Notes under the pieces: model-generated
Told to the model about the DNA's origin: nothing
The model's database searches: none
The model's input: the letters and a program-made list of their open reading frames with translations, nothing else
Made by a program: the position numbers and the translations under genes
Part shown: piece by piece, positions 12,791 through 27,847 of the stretch
Layout of the letters: each line of letters begins with the position of its first letter
Numbering within the stretch: the first letter of the stretch is position 1
Assembly: GCA_028023455.1 (NCBI GenBank)
Contig: JAQFVV010000007.1
Span: 7,812,001-7,876,000 of the forward strand
From: Epiperipatus broadwayi
Taxonomy: Eukaryota; Animalia; Onychophora
Reading direction: 5' to 3'
DNA: 64,000 nucleotides

Positions 12791-13199
12791 TTATTTATCT
12801 ATAAGAATATTAGAATTAATATAAATATGTTGTATGTATCTTGTTGAACTTCACTGGAAAAGATCTCTTTGCTAACAGATGAAATCATGGTTGATGAAAC
12901 CATGGTTGTGGAAGAATTTCAGTAAAATTTTGTTTATTGGCTAGTATTGTAATGTTATATGATTTTGTATTATACATGTGTGTTAAATTAAATATTTTTT
13001 ATGAATTTATAATAATGTAAGCAATGGAAATTAAAATATTATATCCATGTAAACAACCAGAAATAATATTACCTTTGATGTTACTAAAAAACTATCAATT
13101 GCAAACTGAATTCTAAGTGTAAACAATTTTTCTTTACTAATCTATTATAACTCTTTGGTCTTGAATTTGAAAAAAAGGATCCCGTAATTTACTTCTAAC

Positions 13200-14300
13200 T
13201 CCAATTGTTATAAAAATATAAATACAGACATCTATTTTTATAAATATGAGGAGTCAGAAACTCTCTTTCCCAAAGAGTTGTTTATGTTAAATGGATTTAA
13301 AATGTAAATCCTTATAACAATTTGAGTTAGAAATAAAAGAGTATTTTTTTTTTATTCTATTCAACATTCAGAATAAAGGAGCTATAATAAGTTAGCAGAG
13401 AAAAGTTGTTTAGTCTTAAGATTGCCAACTAATAATTGATAGTTTCATTAAATCAGCAAATGTAAAGATATCTCTGTTTACATAGATAATTCTTTAATTT
13501 CCATTGTTTACATCATTTATAATCCATAAAAATATTTAATATAATATATGCAATTCTCCATGCAAAGTTGACAGAATGTTAAAAGAATATGTGAGCTTCT
13601 TAATCCTCATACATATAAAACAACTATCTGGATTTTAAATCCTTATAAAAACTAGTATTAAAAAAAAGATTGTTTCCTTATATTTAAAACATAGGACAAT
13701 TTAGCTACAATACATTACTAGAAAAAACATGATTCACCTTAGAACTCTCAATTAGTAATTGATAGTTTCCTAGCAACATTAAATGCAGAATTATTTATGG
13801 TTGTTTCCATGGATATAATGCCTTAAATTGCATTGTTTACCCATATATACATTGATTTTTTTTCTCTTCATATATGTCTCAACAATATTTTCAAACATCA
13901 TATGAACATTCTATAGGCTTACACAATCTGTTTTTCACAGAGACACTGTGTAATATTTTCAAACATTTAATTTAATTTTTGGCTAGCTTTCTTTATTAAA
14001 TTCAAACTTCTAATTAAATATAACTTTGTATGAGCTATTGGATTTTCAATACCTCTAACAACTTAGTTGAAACTAAAATTAAACTACCTGTTGCAAAATC
14101 GTTGCTGAATTAAGTTTTTTCTCCACATGCAGTGTAAATATTGAGAGAAATCTCATGACCACTTATGCAAATTGTAGATTATATTATAAAGCTTTCTTTG
14201 TTCTTCAATTTCTTAAGTCTTTAAGAATTCAAACTAAAAATCATTATTTCTTTCATTTAACATTTTTTTCTTTAATTTAAAACTTTTATAATTACTGCAC
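13200..14300 (-). mobile_element. Possible highly decayed hAT-like transposase remnant
   Basis: Stop-ridden minus-strand translation gives GIISMETTINNSAFNVARKL...GESCFSSNVL, loosely like the hAT 'TTDNASN...C.AH.LNL' region; weak. Confidence 0.3.
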
Positions 14301-15449
14301 AATCTATTTTATTTCTACTTATCAAACTTTTTTTTCAAGTGGCATAAATTGAAGCCTACTATGTTCATCATATAATGCATTTTTATAATCTTTTCATCTT
14401 TCCAATGCACTATTTATTAACAAATTATCATTTCTATATTCAATTATTGCTATATTCTTGTAATTGTTTTTTTTTCAACCAGTCAAATCATATACAGTTT
14501 TTCATCTCAATTTTTATATTTTTATTATATTCTAAAATGCGATTAAAAATCCTGCTACTTTTAAGCATATGAAAAAAAAAGTGATGTTACTGGTGGTAAT
14601 CTTCCTAGCCAAAGGGTAGAAACAGCTTACAATTGTTATATAAATATTACAAAAACATACAGAAACTGTTACAGGATCAGATATATATATATATATAGAT
14701 GAGCAAGTAAGCATCTCTGTATTTGAAATCTTAGAGTTTGTAAAACTTCTGAGTTATATTAATTAGTATAAAGCAGTAAAATTTATCTTCTAGATGCAAA
14801 TTCCAGTTTCAAATCATAGTCTTCAATGCTAAATGCAAAAGAAAAAAAACTGGTCAGGTTAGAGATAGTAATATTCTGATTGGTATTAATTGCTTACTCA
14901 TTGTTTAGTAGATAGTTCCAGAGTAGAATAAAAATAACTGTTCTTGGAAGGATGACCAAGCACATGAGAGATCATGTGATTTTTTTTCATTATACAAGCA
15001 ACAAGAGATGATTTATCAATCTACCATCTTTTTTAAATAGAAAATAATTAAATGCTTTATTGTTTTGAGTTTATGGAAAGTTTAAGCACTGGAAATAACA
15101 ACTGAAGATGACTCAAGGACTCTGAATTCCAGAGACATCCACTCTAAAACTTCACTAAACCATACACAGTGTCTTAATATTATTGCTTTGAGATATATGA
15201 GATTAGCATCCATTTTAAATGCTGAAAAATTAGTTTTCCACATGATTTATTGACAAAAACCAAAAAAAAAAAAAAAAAATTGAAAATATTTTCAAAAAAT
15301 GTCTAAATACTAATGATAAATATTTTATTTGTGTTAAATTGCAAATCAAGACTAACTCAAATATACACCAATTGAGAGTCTTACTACTAGACTACTTTAA
15401 AATAATAAGATTTAATAGAAAGGCTTAGTTTCCAAAATAATTTATTAAA

Positions 15450-18400
15450 GATTACATTATTACATTAAAGTTTATTTGATACATATTTTTTTCAAAGTGT
15501 TTTCTCAGTCCTTCATTTGGTTTTCCTGAATTTGAGTCAATTACTCTTCTGTTTTCTCTTTTTTTGAAGCATCCTGCTATTGTTTGGGACATGGAGAGGA
15601 TAAATCCAGCATGTCCCAAGTCATGATAAAAATAAACTCAGGGATTATCAGGCTATCTCTTGTTCTTTCTTTAGATTGTTCTGAATGAAGTTAATCGAAT
15701 TAAAATTTTGATGATTAAATACTAGCTTACATCTAGTAATCCACAATAGATGATCAAGAATTAAAAAGAGTCTAATGGGTGTGATCTCTTTCTGATACAT
15801 TCTTTCAAATTAAATAATTTAGGTTGATTTGCCTTGATCTGACTCATTCAGTGTATTTTTAATTTACATTAGCTGATTACATCTGAATCTAAAGTGGTTG
15901 ATGGTTTCATCTTCTTTTTTGCAAATCATATGGGTTGAGTCAATTTTTGAGTACCCTCTTTTATTTAGTAGGTAATGCATTTACATTGATTTTGATTAAA
16001 TAATCCAAATATTTTGACTCTAAATTCCATCTTTTGAATTTCCTTACTAATTTATCATTTGCAATGACTAAACTTGATAGATGGTCATTTAAGTCAGTGT
16101 GCTTTATACTAAAGGCCTGCCGGTATGTTAATTTGTTTTGAAATATGTCTTTATTGATTGTTATGCATTTCATAAGCATGTTTAGTTGGATATCCAGCCA
16201 GTTTCTTCCCTGCGGTGGTGGAGGCTGGTCTGTTGGAATGATGAGTGTTGGAATTTCTTCATTCAGTTGATTCCTTTTTAATTTATGGAGAAAGTTGTAA
16301 GACTTCTGGACCCATAAGGTAGAAATGTCATGGAGACCCATTCCATTAATGGCCCTGGATCATTAAATTTGTTTGTAGCTTATTGCTACTGCTTTCTTTT
16401 TCCAGAGAGATCACAGGGAGATAATAATTAATCTTTGTCAATACCATTATGTTTAATAATGTGACTTTACCATAGATGGAAAGATATATTCCAGACAAAT
16501 GTGGTTATCATTTTGGTTGCCTCCAACAGTGATTGTTGGATACTGCTTCTCATTGAAACTGAAAACAAGTGCATTGGGAAACTGAGGAATTTCTGTGGCT
16601 TGGCCACAAATCTCAAGGCAACCATTTGTCCTGAGATCAACCTCCAAGCTGCAGACTTTGCCAGGTTAAATTTTAGGCCATAACATTTTGAATATTCATC
16701 TATCACCTCTTGTAGTTTCAGAATGTTTTTCAAATGGGAGAATCACTAGTATGCCATCCATGTAGGACAGATGTTTAATTATTTTCTTAATTGGAGGAAA
16801 ATATATAGTCCAGGGGATTTGATTCAATACTTCTGAGAAGAGGATTTATATATATGATGAGCAGGAGAGCACTCAATGTGGAGCCCTGTGGGATAGAAAG
16901 TAAAGGTTTAAATCCTGGGGCAATCTTTCCATCAAGCATCATTATTATTTCCCTGTTTATCAGGAGGTTTTCAATGATAATTAGAAATACCTTTGGGACT
17001 GAATATCTGTTTATGACTTCAAGCAAAGTATCTATTCTGACTGATTTGACTGCCACCAAAATGTCCAATTGGACAGCAATCTGTCCAGCTTTCCTTGATG
17101 TTCTAATGTATTCAACAGTAAGCTTAAGCTGGCATACTGCATCTGCAGTAGATGAGCCCTTTTTGGAAAACTGTGAATGTGATATATGCTTGTATATAGC
17201 ATCCTGTATGTGGTCTTTGATTAGGCCTTCAATGATCTTAATTAATAGCAGGGTCATCAAGATAGGCCTCAAATTGTTAATGTCTCTGGTGATGCCTTAC
17301 CAGCAAGATTTGGGTAGAGACTTTGTATGTCCCTGCACCCCTTAGATAACTCATCAATCATGTTTTTAATTATTGGAATGGTGAAGTGACTGAGGTGCAG
17401 GAACATGAATTTAGGCACTTCATGTGGTTCTGGGTGTGTGATATCTGGGATTGATTGTAGTTTTTGAATAATTTTTGCTTCTGTGATCCTGTAGTTCAGC
17501 AATGTTTATGCTGTAATCATGTCTTATTTGCTGTCCTACACCATTTTGCAGTTTTCCTTTAAAGTGATTGTGAATTTTCATCAGCATTGTGGTGCCTGTG
17601 TAGAATGAGAACAGATGCTGGTGTAATGTTTTTTCCCTGCACCAATCGCCCACCGAATATAGTTTTTTGTCCAGCAGTGGTGGTTGACAAGAAGAAATGT
17701 TGTCTTTTTGATTGAAATAAATTCTGCTAGTGCCTTTGTAAATCTTTATATCTTTCTTTCAGTTCTAGAATCAATTTTGTGATTCCCATTACACTTGGAT
17801 CTGAATTTAACCTATCTTGAATATTATTTAGATCTTGCATGAGATTGACTGATCCTTTTTGGTTTAGTGTATAGAAATCAATGATCGATCTTGTTATTTC
17901 AATAAATGCAATCCATGGTTCAATAGACAGCAGGCTTAGGATGTTAATTTTCTGGAGGTAAAGATATATCTTGAAGAAGATAGCTGCAGGGGCATGGATC
18001 TTGCTAAGCATCCTTGTTGTTTTCATAGATGCACCAGGAACCTGGACAGCATCTTTTACATCAATCCAGACCTTCAAGGCCAGGTGGTCTGAGAAGACCA
18101 CTGTTTTGGAAGATGTCTCAATTATAAAATGATGAGCCAAGTGTAGTATAACAGACCAATCAGTGTTTTATATTTTTTTGTATAGGAGAAGTATGCGCCT
18201 AAGGGGAAATGACCATGGGTACACAATAAATCCTCTATTAATTAAGTCGATATATTTTTTATTAAATGTCTCATATGGTAAGTTAAAATCACCGAAGAGG
18301 ATGGTTGGCCTTTGGCAGGAGGAAATCACCATGTTAATTTTGTGTATTACTTTCAGGATTACTGATTCTTCATTCTGCAGATATAAGTAAATAATGTGAA

Positions 18401-20900
18401 TTGTAGTGTTTCCAGTCTTTAGGCTCAGGATAAGGCAATTATGATCCATGAAAATCAATTTAAATTCAGATGGCCCCAAAGTTTTATTAATCAGAAATCC
18501 CCCCCCCCCAGCTGCTGATGGTCCCTTCTAAAAATTGTAATACCCCAAAAGGTTCAAGTATTTGGGTAATTCTGTGATCCATGTTGAAATGAATTGTGGT
18601 TTCTGAAAGGCAAACAATATTTGGTGCTTCCTCAATTAACTAATTTTTGATTGTGAAGGCTCTTTTGATTGATTTTAGTCTTCTTACATTTATGCCAAAT
18701 ATTTTTAATTTTCATTAGCATGATTTCTGGTGTCAGTTCTTGTCATTTGACTACCAATGATTATTTTGTGATCCAAATTTCAGATTAGTGATTGTAGTAT
18801 GTAAATTTATAATTGGACTTATGGTTAGGGTCAGCAAAGAGATGCCCACCAGTAAGCTATGGCTGATCAACTTTATTGAACCAACTGTAAGCTTTTAATC
18901 TGTTCATAAAGAACAGATTTATTGTCATGTCTAGTGTGATGAATCCCATTGCAATCTGTTTGATTGGGCTTGACCTTGGTCTACATCTGCAGGCAATTCA
19001 TGATTAAAAGATTTCAGAGTTTTAGAAAAGTCTGTTACAGGAGCTGAATGTTGAGTATAACTAATCCTTTTGGTTAATGTATTTAACAGGCCTATTTCTC
19101 TCTTGTCCCATGCTTCTTTTCCCATGTCATTCGTTAAAAAAGTTGATTATAGATCTTCATGCTCATCATCTTCTAAATTTATTAATTTGCTTTCTTGATT
19201 TGTTTCTGCATTAAGTCTGGGTCACTTTTTCTTTGATGCTTTTGAGCATCCTTGGGGTCAAGTTCTTTTGGTCTGATCCATAGATTGTATTCTGATCACT
19301 AGATGCATCAGATGTTTTGGGTGAGTTTATATAAGCCTCAGAATCTTGTTTTCTCATAATCACTCTCTTATTTCTCTTTTTTGTGATCATGCTTCCTTCT
19401 TCTAGTGGAGTGAAGGTACAATCTATAGATGGACATTTCAATCTTGAGGATATTTTATCACTCTTGCCTGAATCCCTTGTTGTTATATCAATCTGCATCT
19501 ATGGAATTGTTTGTTCAGTAGTATCTACAAATGATTCCAATTGATTATTAGATGCCAAACTTTCATTTTTTTCTTATGTTGGTTCTGTCATATCTCTATC
19601 ATTTGTAGAAATTGGAGGTGCATCTGGTATCAATTCAGAGTTATTTCTAAGAGTTTTTGTTATGGTAGTTGCATCTGTGGAAGTGAAATTTCTTGTCTCC
19701 ACATCTTATACATATTCTACCTGGGCATTCGCAAACCAGGTGATCCCGTCACTTGCATAGGAAGCATTCAGGTGCTACTCGAAATGATATAATAAGTGGT
19801 GCATCCTCCACCATGAAAATTGAGGGGATATCATATGGTGTATCTCCCTTTTTAATGCTATCATAAATGTTGCTGTGTTGGATAGTACATGCACCTCTGC
19901 CCCTTTTTCTTTGGTATATTTGAATCTAGATATGGCCCCATAGGGATTTAGTAGCTTTTGTAAATCATTGGATGTAACATCAATAAAACAATTTTTTACT
20001 CTTCCATATGCAGTCAGTGTCCTGTTAATGTCTACTTGACAAATGCAGAGATTTCCCAAGGTTTGTCAATTGTTCATGAAGATTGCTTTTTTCAAGGGAT
20101 TGGTAAATTCAATTATGAGATATCTCCTATTTGGGTGATGCAGAATTTTAATGGTGTATTGCGATTGTTCCTCTGATTTAAGCATTTTGTAAAATGCATC
20201 TGTAGGGAAGTTAAACAGTCTATTCTCATCATTTGTAACAGCTAATATTATAGAATTATTGTTTTGGTATTTTTTGAATAATTTTAAAAGCAGAGGTGGT
20301 ATAGTTAGGTTAAAATTATCAAATAACTGTTTTATATTGTTCCCACTCTAAGCTTAAATAATTATTTGAATCAGGCCCTTTCTCTGGCTTTTGTGTTGAG
20401 AAAGGTTATCCTCAATGTCCTCCATTAGTTCAAAAACAATATTTTGCAATTAGATTGAGAATTTTGATTACGTGAAATGTTTGAGCTTTTTAGAGAATCA
20501 GCATAAGATTTAGAGCCTTTATTAATATTTTTGTTATCTTGATTTTTTTCTATTAGATTTTCATAAGTTGTATTAACTTTGTGGTTATATTCTGTATTCG
20601 ATGTAGGTTTTTGATTAAAATTAGAGTTATGGCTTGAGTTAAAATAAGAAGCATTTGAGTTGTATTTTAATGGTTTTATTATATGCCCTTTAGTTAAATC
20701 TTGCTTTTGGATCCTGTATGATCATAATAAGAGCATAATTAATCTGTTTATGAATTTATTCATAAAGAAATTAATAAATAAGGGATATCTTTTTTTTAGT
20801 TACATGATAGATAAAACTCTAAAATTTTCAATGATTTATCTGTGAAGATGATTAAAATATTCAGTACAAGTAAATATTTATTTCTATACAGTTAATATGA
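15450..20900 (-). mobile_element. Near-full-length, inactivated L1/Tx1-like LINE (ORF1 with CCHC knuckle; ORF2 APE plus RT)
   Basis: ORF1 region about 20425-18930 with CFLCK.RDHLVCECP (about 19730-19780). APE from about 18715 (IFGINVRRL, IVCLSET, LFGDFN, FSDHLAL). RT about 17300-16400 (RPILMTLLLIKIIE, IPQGSTLSALLLIIYINPLL, DEYSKCYGLKFNLAKS). Many stops and frameshifts. Confidence 0.85.
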
Positions 20901-21944
20901 TATTTGCTCCCGTGACAATGAGATTTAACTTACCTTAAGTTAAATTTATATGCTCCTTCATTCTAAATCTAGAGCCTTCTATTGTGAGCTTGAATAACCA
21001 AGGGATACCCGATAGTATATTCCTATAACATATCCATCTTTAATCTGACTGGTTTCTGTCTTTTATCTTCAGCTGTGAATTCTAGATTCAAAGCTAGAAC
21101 TAATATACTTATGAATGTAGAAGTCACTTTCTATTTCTTTGTATTTTTCAAGCTAATAATCTCAAATTAAAAAAAGTTTACAACTAAAATTTCAAATGTA
21201 GACTATGTCATTTGCATAAATATATAGATCTAACATGAGATCTGTTTCTACACATACATATACTTTGTTTTCCTTTTCATTATTGATTGTAATAATTTGG
21301 TGGAAATGTTTCTAATGTTAGCAAAAGGAAAGATTTTTATATTAATTTTTCTTCTTTCTTCTTCTTCTCCTTCTTATTATTCTTCACTGAGTATACTTTT
21401 GATGCAAAACATCAGATGTATAGCATGCTTGGGTATGCTGTGGTATTTATGAAAAGAATACCACAACATACCCATGAATGTTATGAATCTAATGATTTAC
21501 ATCAAAAGTGCACTCAGCTACACTTAATAAGAATAAATATATAAATCCTTTCTTTTGCTAATATTTATAATGTTTCAGCCAAGTTATGTATACACATATA
21601 TTTGATACCAAAATTTCTATTGGCCAGGATGTTTAACACCAATGGCAATATTTCATGATCTCTCATATGTTTATTCATAAGTTTCCGAACATTCTCTTTA
21701 CTTTAGAGTCATCTAAGCTTGAGTAATCAATGAAACTTCATATAATGTAGTGCTATAAAATCTCCACCTTCAGAATATTTTCTATCTGTTGTCTTCATGA
21801 ATGAAGATTATAATGCAAAAATTCTGAACTAATGCACTTATGCAACTAGTAGCCTTTTACTATTGAAACTAATAACTTAAAAAAAAATTAAAAAAACCCT
21901 AAGTCTTCAACTTAGATTAAAATTCACTTTAAATATATGGAACA

Positions 21945-22280
21945 ATGCAGAGACTTCAGAGCACTCAAAGAAGAATGGAGAGATGCATGTTGGGAGTAAC
22001 AAGAAAAGATTGAAAACACAATATATGGGTAAGAGAATAAACAGATGTTACTGACCTCACATATTTCTAGAAGAGATGATAATAGATGGACAATTGAAAT
22101 CTTAAACTGGTTTCCAAGAGATTATAAAAGACTCAGAATGAGACCACGTATGAGCTGGATGGATGAAATAAGAAAATGTGCAGAGGTGCTGTGGAGAAGA
22201 AAAGCTAAAGATCAGAGAAGATGGACTGATCTTGGAGAGACATTCATCCTGCAGTGGATTGATAATGGTTGATGATGAAT
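21945..22280 (+). mobile_element. 3' fragment of RTE-clade LINE
   Basis: HISRRDDNRWTIEILNWFPRDYKR.R.RPR.SWMDEIRK...RRW..LGETFILQW followed by GAT-rich tail; same family as 47030-47580. Confidence 0.85.
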
Positions 22281-22454
22281 TACATATTAGTTCAGTGGAG
22301 TGTGTTTGTGACAAATTCTGCTGTATCTCTCTCCGGGGAAGGAGTTGCAAGCCATATTAAAAAGTCAAACTTTAACAATATGAAACAAATAAATCTACAT
22401 AAAAATAATAAATATAACGGCACTAAAGAAAAACAGGTAGTTATGACTTTTAAA

Positions 22455-22500
22455 TAAGGGGTTCTGCCGTCGCAAACACGGGCAGCAGGTTCATTTCTAC
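22455..22500 (+). mobile_element. Possible Helitron 3' terminus remnant
   Basis: GC hairpin CTGCCGTCGCAAACACGGGCAG followed about 11 nt later by CTACT (canonical end is CTAG/T). Confidence 0.3.
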
Positions 22501-23194
22501 TAATAGACTCAAACCCTAAATTCAGTTCTTTTAATAGTTATTAAAATTCAACAACTTCTTTACTTCTGTAGATTACTTTTAACTTTAGGCCATCATTACA
22601 ATATTTTAAAATAATAATAAACAATATCAGTTCAATTTTACTCTATTTCCGTTCTGCTAGCTTTATGAAACACACATGTACACACACAAATATTATTTTG
22701 TGTGTGGAGGTATATTTGAAATAAGCTGTAGTTTTTAAAAATAAATTTTTAACTTTTACTCTTAATGAATATAAATAAATGGCAAATGATTTGAATTAAA
22801 GAAACAAAGAACAAAAGTTAAACTAAAGTTCAATATCCATAAGCAAAAGACGTCTAACAAAAAGAAAAACAAAAATAAAATAACAAAATATATTGCAATG
22901 GCTATACAAACCAATGAAATGAAAGACAAATATGTCTACATATCTCTCGTGATGGTCTTCTTCTATAATTAACGACTCACATGGTGTATTATAACTTGTG
23001 CAACATTTATATCTGAAAAAGATGAAGCTTATTGAAAACATGTTTTGGGTATACACGCGTGTGTAAAGTTAATTTAATGATAGCCGAACGGTTTAGAAAA
23101 TACTGGCACAATTAGCTGCAAATCCATTTATTAACTAACTATTAATGAAAGTACAAATGGGTCTAAATGATTATTGAAAGAATCTCTGTGATTG

Positions 23195-23255
23195 CTGTCC
23201 GGATTCGAAACTATCATAGGTGAATACATTATTTCCTCAACCATAAGGCCCATAA
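23195..23255 (-). mobile_element. tRNA-derived SINE head (decayed)
   Basis: Minus strand GGCCTTATGGTTGAGG (A-box/D-arm-like) ... GTTTCGAATCC (B-box-like, 23201-23211). Confidence 0.5.
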
Positions 23256-26200
23256 GACTAAGCAGTAATTGTTAGTTCGCTATTCATTTTAAGTTAAATA
23301 TCAATATTTAATATGCACACACTATGTATATATAGTTTTTTTTTTTTTAATTAACGTTATATCAATCATTTATGCTTATATATTACATGCATATGTATAT
23401 ATTAACTAACATTTAACGTATATAAGAAAATTTCGCGTAGTGTAAAAACACTTTATATTTGTTATAGCTTGTATATAACAAATCTACATGGGGAGAGGAG
23501 TATTGTCCAAATCCCCCCAAATCGAGATTCACGTATTTTGTATAGATAATCTATATATTTGCAATAAGTATATGTTTTTCTAAGATTAAAATATTTCAGA
23601 TCCGATTTTAAATACTTTATAAATTAAATAAGAGATTGAAGAATATTGTAAATAAAAGTTGTTCTAAGCATTCTCAGTACTTAAAAGTGCATACAAAAAG
23701 ACTGGTCTACAAGTGATCTATTGCCCAGAATGCATTAACAAGTCAATGGGGTATAGAAGAAAAATTAATTTGATTTTCTGCCTCTTTTGCTACTCTTCAA
23801 TTCCCTAACAATTGTGAAGCAGGGGGTAGATTTGTGGATTGAATAAATCGATTTTTTAAAAAAAAAACGTCTACATGCATAAGACAAATAGAGAGAGAAT
23901 GGGAAAAAACCCAAGATTTAATCAAACTCATTTTTAAAAAATCAAGCAAACAGACAGAGCAGAGAACTATACTGCAATATAAAAAACAGAACATTTCTTA
24001 GATCAATGGGTAAGGCATGAAAAAGTTCTTTAAAAAAAGTTGTTTTAATAAGATCAACATAAGTCTATTTAAAAAGACAGTAAGGAGTGAAAGATTTAAA
24101 TGTAAAAAAAAAATGAAGAGAAAAAGGATACAGCATGAAAAAATGTCAAAAAATATTATTTGAAAGATAGAAAACAACAGTCAAAGATTAGGTTAATAGA
24201 AGACTAAAGAATACTTATTCTTAGAATTTTTTCATTAATTACAGATAAGCAAAAATCACTGTTTAGTATAGTGACTATAAAATAATAGTCTGTGTATAAG
24301 TATATTATTATAAAAATATATTAGAACAAAAAAAGATAACACTCTAACAATTAACATGAGGACTTGTAACCATATAATGATAGCATCGTGATGTAATGTA
24401 CAAAGATTTGGGTTCAGAACAGATGAATTTATAAGTAGCTTTATGGATTATTTCTCAGATGACAGTCATATACAAAGCAATGTTCTATCCAATATTTGTT
24501 GAAAAGAGTAAATATAATTATTATTAATTGGAGAATAACTAGATTGATAAGATGAATGTTAATATGTTGAGTATGAAAAAACAAAAAATATAATTGCTGT
24601 CATTATTATACCATGGATGTTTCATAGAATTTTAAAAATACAATAACATAGTCATATGATCCAACACCTTGTTTTTCAATTTGCTGGATGTGATATTATA
24701 AATTCCATTATTGTAAAATCACATGTTCATTGGAAAAGACATTTGGAGAACCATAATTAGTCATAGTGTTCAAAAAGAAAGGGTCATTAATTAACTAACA
24801 AGTTCTATATATGGACATGTTTATGGATCACATTGTTTTGTATAATTATCATAAAACTAATTTCTAATATTACAAAAATAATAGTAGTAATAGTATGATT
24901 GTCATTATTTTTTTCCTCAATGGGATATAATGATTATACTTGATTGCAAAGAGGATGCTGAGGATAAGGATTATTATATGATTAGTTTCATGCACTTATA
25001 TTTACTAAAATCATAGTTTATTTTTTGGTTTTGTATCATAAAATATTACAACTTCCATAATTGCATATTCATAAAATTAAAGTTTGAAATAGTTGTTAAA
25101 AGTGGTCAAATAACATTTCCATGGGAAATTATTATTACCATACTCTTTGCATAAAATCACCATTTGGCAAGATCATAAAATGCTAAATCAGACTCCATGA
25201 TCTATAGACATAGTATATATTGTGAAAATAATAAAGGAAACAATATAATAGGGCAAGATTAAATCTCAGCTCATTTTTTAAAACCTATATCATATGGGAG
25301 TTATTCAGGAACCAAGAGTTCACAAAAGTTTTTAGCTACAGCTGTAACCTTGCCAAGAAAAACTTATCCACATGATTTTCATAATGTAAGCAGTCACTGA
25401 AATTATTGTCATTAAATTTATTTATAGTAATTTCCAAATCTATGTTATATTTCTTTATTAGAAATTAATATGAATGTTAAAGACAATAGCTTTATTACAA
25501 GTTTATACATATAATATTTTCATTGTTTAAAACCCCTAATTTCAGCAATTAAAATATACTGACTTCGAAGATCAGTTGACTTTATTAACTTGTTATAAAA
25601 ATTCAGTTGCGGTTAGATTTAGATTTTATGTTTTTAAGTTAATTTGCTTAGTTGTTTTTTGTCAACCTGATTTTTGTCAAGTTATTCAGAAAAAAATTAT
25701 TTCTGTCAAACTATCTCCAGTCTTTTTTTTTTCGTCGAAGTATTTATTGTTGAACTGCACCAAAAAAGTTTTATTTTTGTTGGATTATCTTTTATTATCT
25801 GCAACAGAAAAATTTAGTTTTTACTTTACAATTAATATTAACTAAAAAATTATGACTTCACTAATGTAAATAAACTTTCAGTGGGGTCTCAGGCAATGTA
25901 AGTTTTTGCAATCTACAAATCAACAAGATATGTATTTTTTCTCTTAATTAGGATTTGGATAAAGAATCAAAGTATATACAAGTATTATACAAGTATATGC
26001 ATGAACACTATGTTTCTAATTTTTCCAGTTTTGGTCTGAGTGTCAAATATATATTTGTAAAGCTTACATACCAATTTAATTTGATTAATTCAAATTAGTG
26101 GCATTACTTCTAAAAGCTTACTGATCTCTAGATATCAATATAATATAATTGATTTATCAAACATTAACTATATTTCAATTTATTTTTATAATAAGATAAT

Positions 26201-27579
26201 ATACATCTTAATTAAATTTGAAGGTACAATATATAATATACTATTATTGATTTAATTCAAATTATTGATTTCATTTCTTAAAATCTTCCAATCTCCAAAC
26301 AAGGATTAAAGTATATATGTACTAGCACATTTAAAGTCAGCTTTAGAATCCCTCCAAAAGCTCAAACACAATAGGAAAGTTGTCTCTGCACCTGGCCCTT
26401 TAGACTGATTATAAAATCAACTGCAATGAACCTAATTTCAAAGCACTCTAATATGAAGAACCATGAGCTAAAAGCTCCATAAGATGGATATTATCATGCA
26501 AAGAAAGATCCCAATGTGAAGTTAGTATTTCTGGAGTATCAAATGGAATCTGGCCATGATTTTGATTCATGAATATTAAAATAGTATGTACAGAGTGCAA
26601 TGATCAGAAAAGAAAATTTAAAAAGGCATGATATCCATGTGATAAACAAAAAAGATTCTTATATAGTATTGTTCCAGAAATGGAATATGTAAATTATAAA
26701 TTTACATATTAACCATGGAATATTAATGTCATGTTTTCTCCTAATTGCACTAGATTAGCAGATAAGTTTGAGTGCTATGATTAAGATCTCCCAAATTGAA
26801 AGCATTGCATAGCAAGTTATTAGTTAAATTGTCAAATACAGTTTAATCTTTTCTTGGAAAGTGTATTAATAGTATTTATAGAATATTAAATCATGTGCCA
26901 GTTTATTTAAAATTAACATTAATTAAAATGGGCCTTCAAAAAAATGTAAATTTCTAGAATTGGAAAACTGTTTAGAGAAAGCTTACATAAGATGCTGAAT
27001 CAACTGTTTAACATAGCATACCATGTATGCCAAAAAAAATTTCAGAACATCAGACTTTGCTGTTATTGCAGTTTACATAATATAATTGATTTGCAGGTTT
27101 ATTTGTCATGTTTAGCAAGTTACCACAAAAAAAAAAAAAAATATTAAACAGTAATTTTTATTACAATAAAGTTAAAACTTTTTTTTATGATTTAATTTTT
27201 AGTAAAACCAAATTTTCAAATTTATATTTTCAGGATAGCAACTAATTTTATAAGTATTTTTTTACTTATATTATTCCTATTTACTTAGTTGTGTTGGATG
27301 ATAATTTTACTCTATGCCAGGCATTATAATGTGCTGTTAAATAAACAGACCACATGCGCTTCTGAAACCAAATATGCTAACTGCACAGAACATCATTGCA
27401 TTTAATTAAGAAGTTGATTAGTTATAAACTTATAAAAAGTCTGGCACTAAAAATTAATAAAATAAATACATTAATTATGATTACTTTTTCATTATCTCTG
27501 TCAAAATTACTGTAAGTTTTATTAAACAATAATAAATGCCAAAAGATAGTGCTTCATACCACCTATCCTGTACTGTCCT

Positions 27580-27670
27580 ATCCAATATGGCTTTCATCAG
27601 TGAAGAGGTTTGAATCTTGGATCAGTGCACCTGGATTGTAAAAGCCAATGCATCTTTCTTCCAGCTATCA
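27580..27670 (-). repeat. Decayed copy of HHR repeat family H3 (inverted partner of 28051-28157)
   Basis: Minus strand ...GGTGCACTGATCCAAGATTCAAACCTCTTCACTGATGAAAGCCA aligns with ...GATGCACTTCTCCAAGGTGCAAAGATCCTCACTGATGAAAGCCA; GAAA lost. Confidence 0.6.
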
Positions 27671-27686
27671 TTTACTGTTCTTTAAT

Positions 27687-27847
27687 ATTAAATTGATAAA
27701 AAAATCAAGTCAGATGTCATATGACCTAATTTTAATAAAGCTGGTATTTACAAACGTTATATATAGAGTTCACAAAAACAAACTCTTAACAAGCTTTAAT
27801 AATACCCTCAACCCCAGACCATGGTTTCTGCATCTAGAGTCATGTGA
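27687..27847 (-). repeat. Decayed partial copy of the 369-bp HHR monomer (family H2)
   Basis: Reverse complement of about 28926-29090; HHR remnant TGA-CTCTAGATGCA-GAAA-CCATGG-TC-TGGGG with the start of the CTGATGA core disrupted. Confidence 0.85.

Noticed and set aside
15104-15130. CTGAAGATGACTC… HHR-like start
   Set aside because: No complementary stem II strand or GAAA follows.
21040-21075. Minus-strand CTGAAGA…GAAACCAGTC
   Set aside because: Stem II and stem I do not pair; at most an unrecognisable remnant.
22823-23056. 77-aa ORF and other short AT-rich ORFs in the supplied track
   Set aside because: Phe/Ile/Leu/Lys-rich composition expected from AT-rich DNA; no motifs or splice support.
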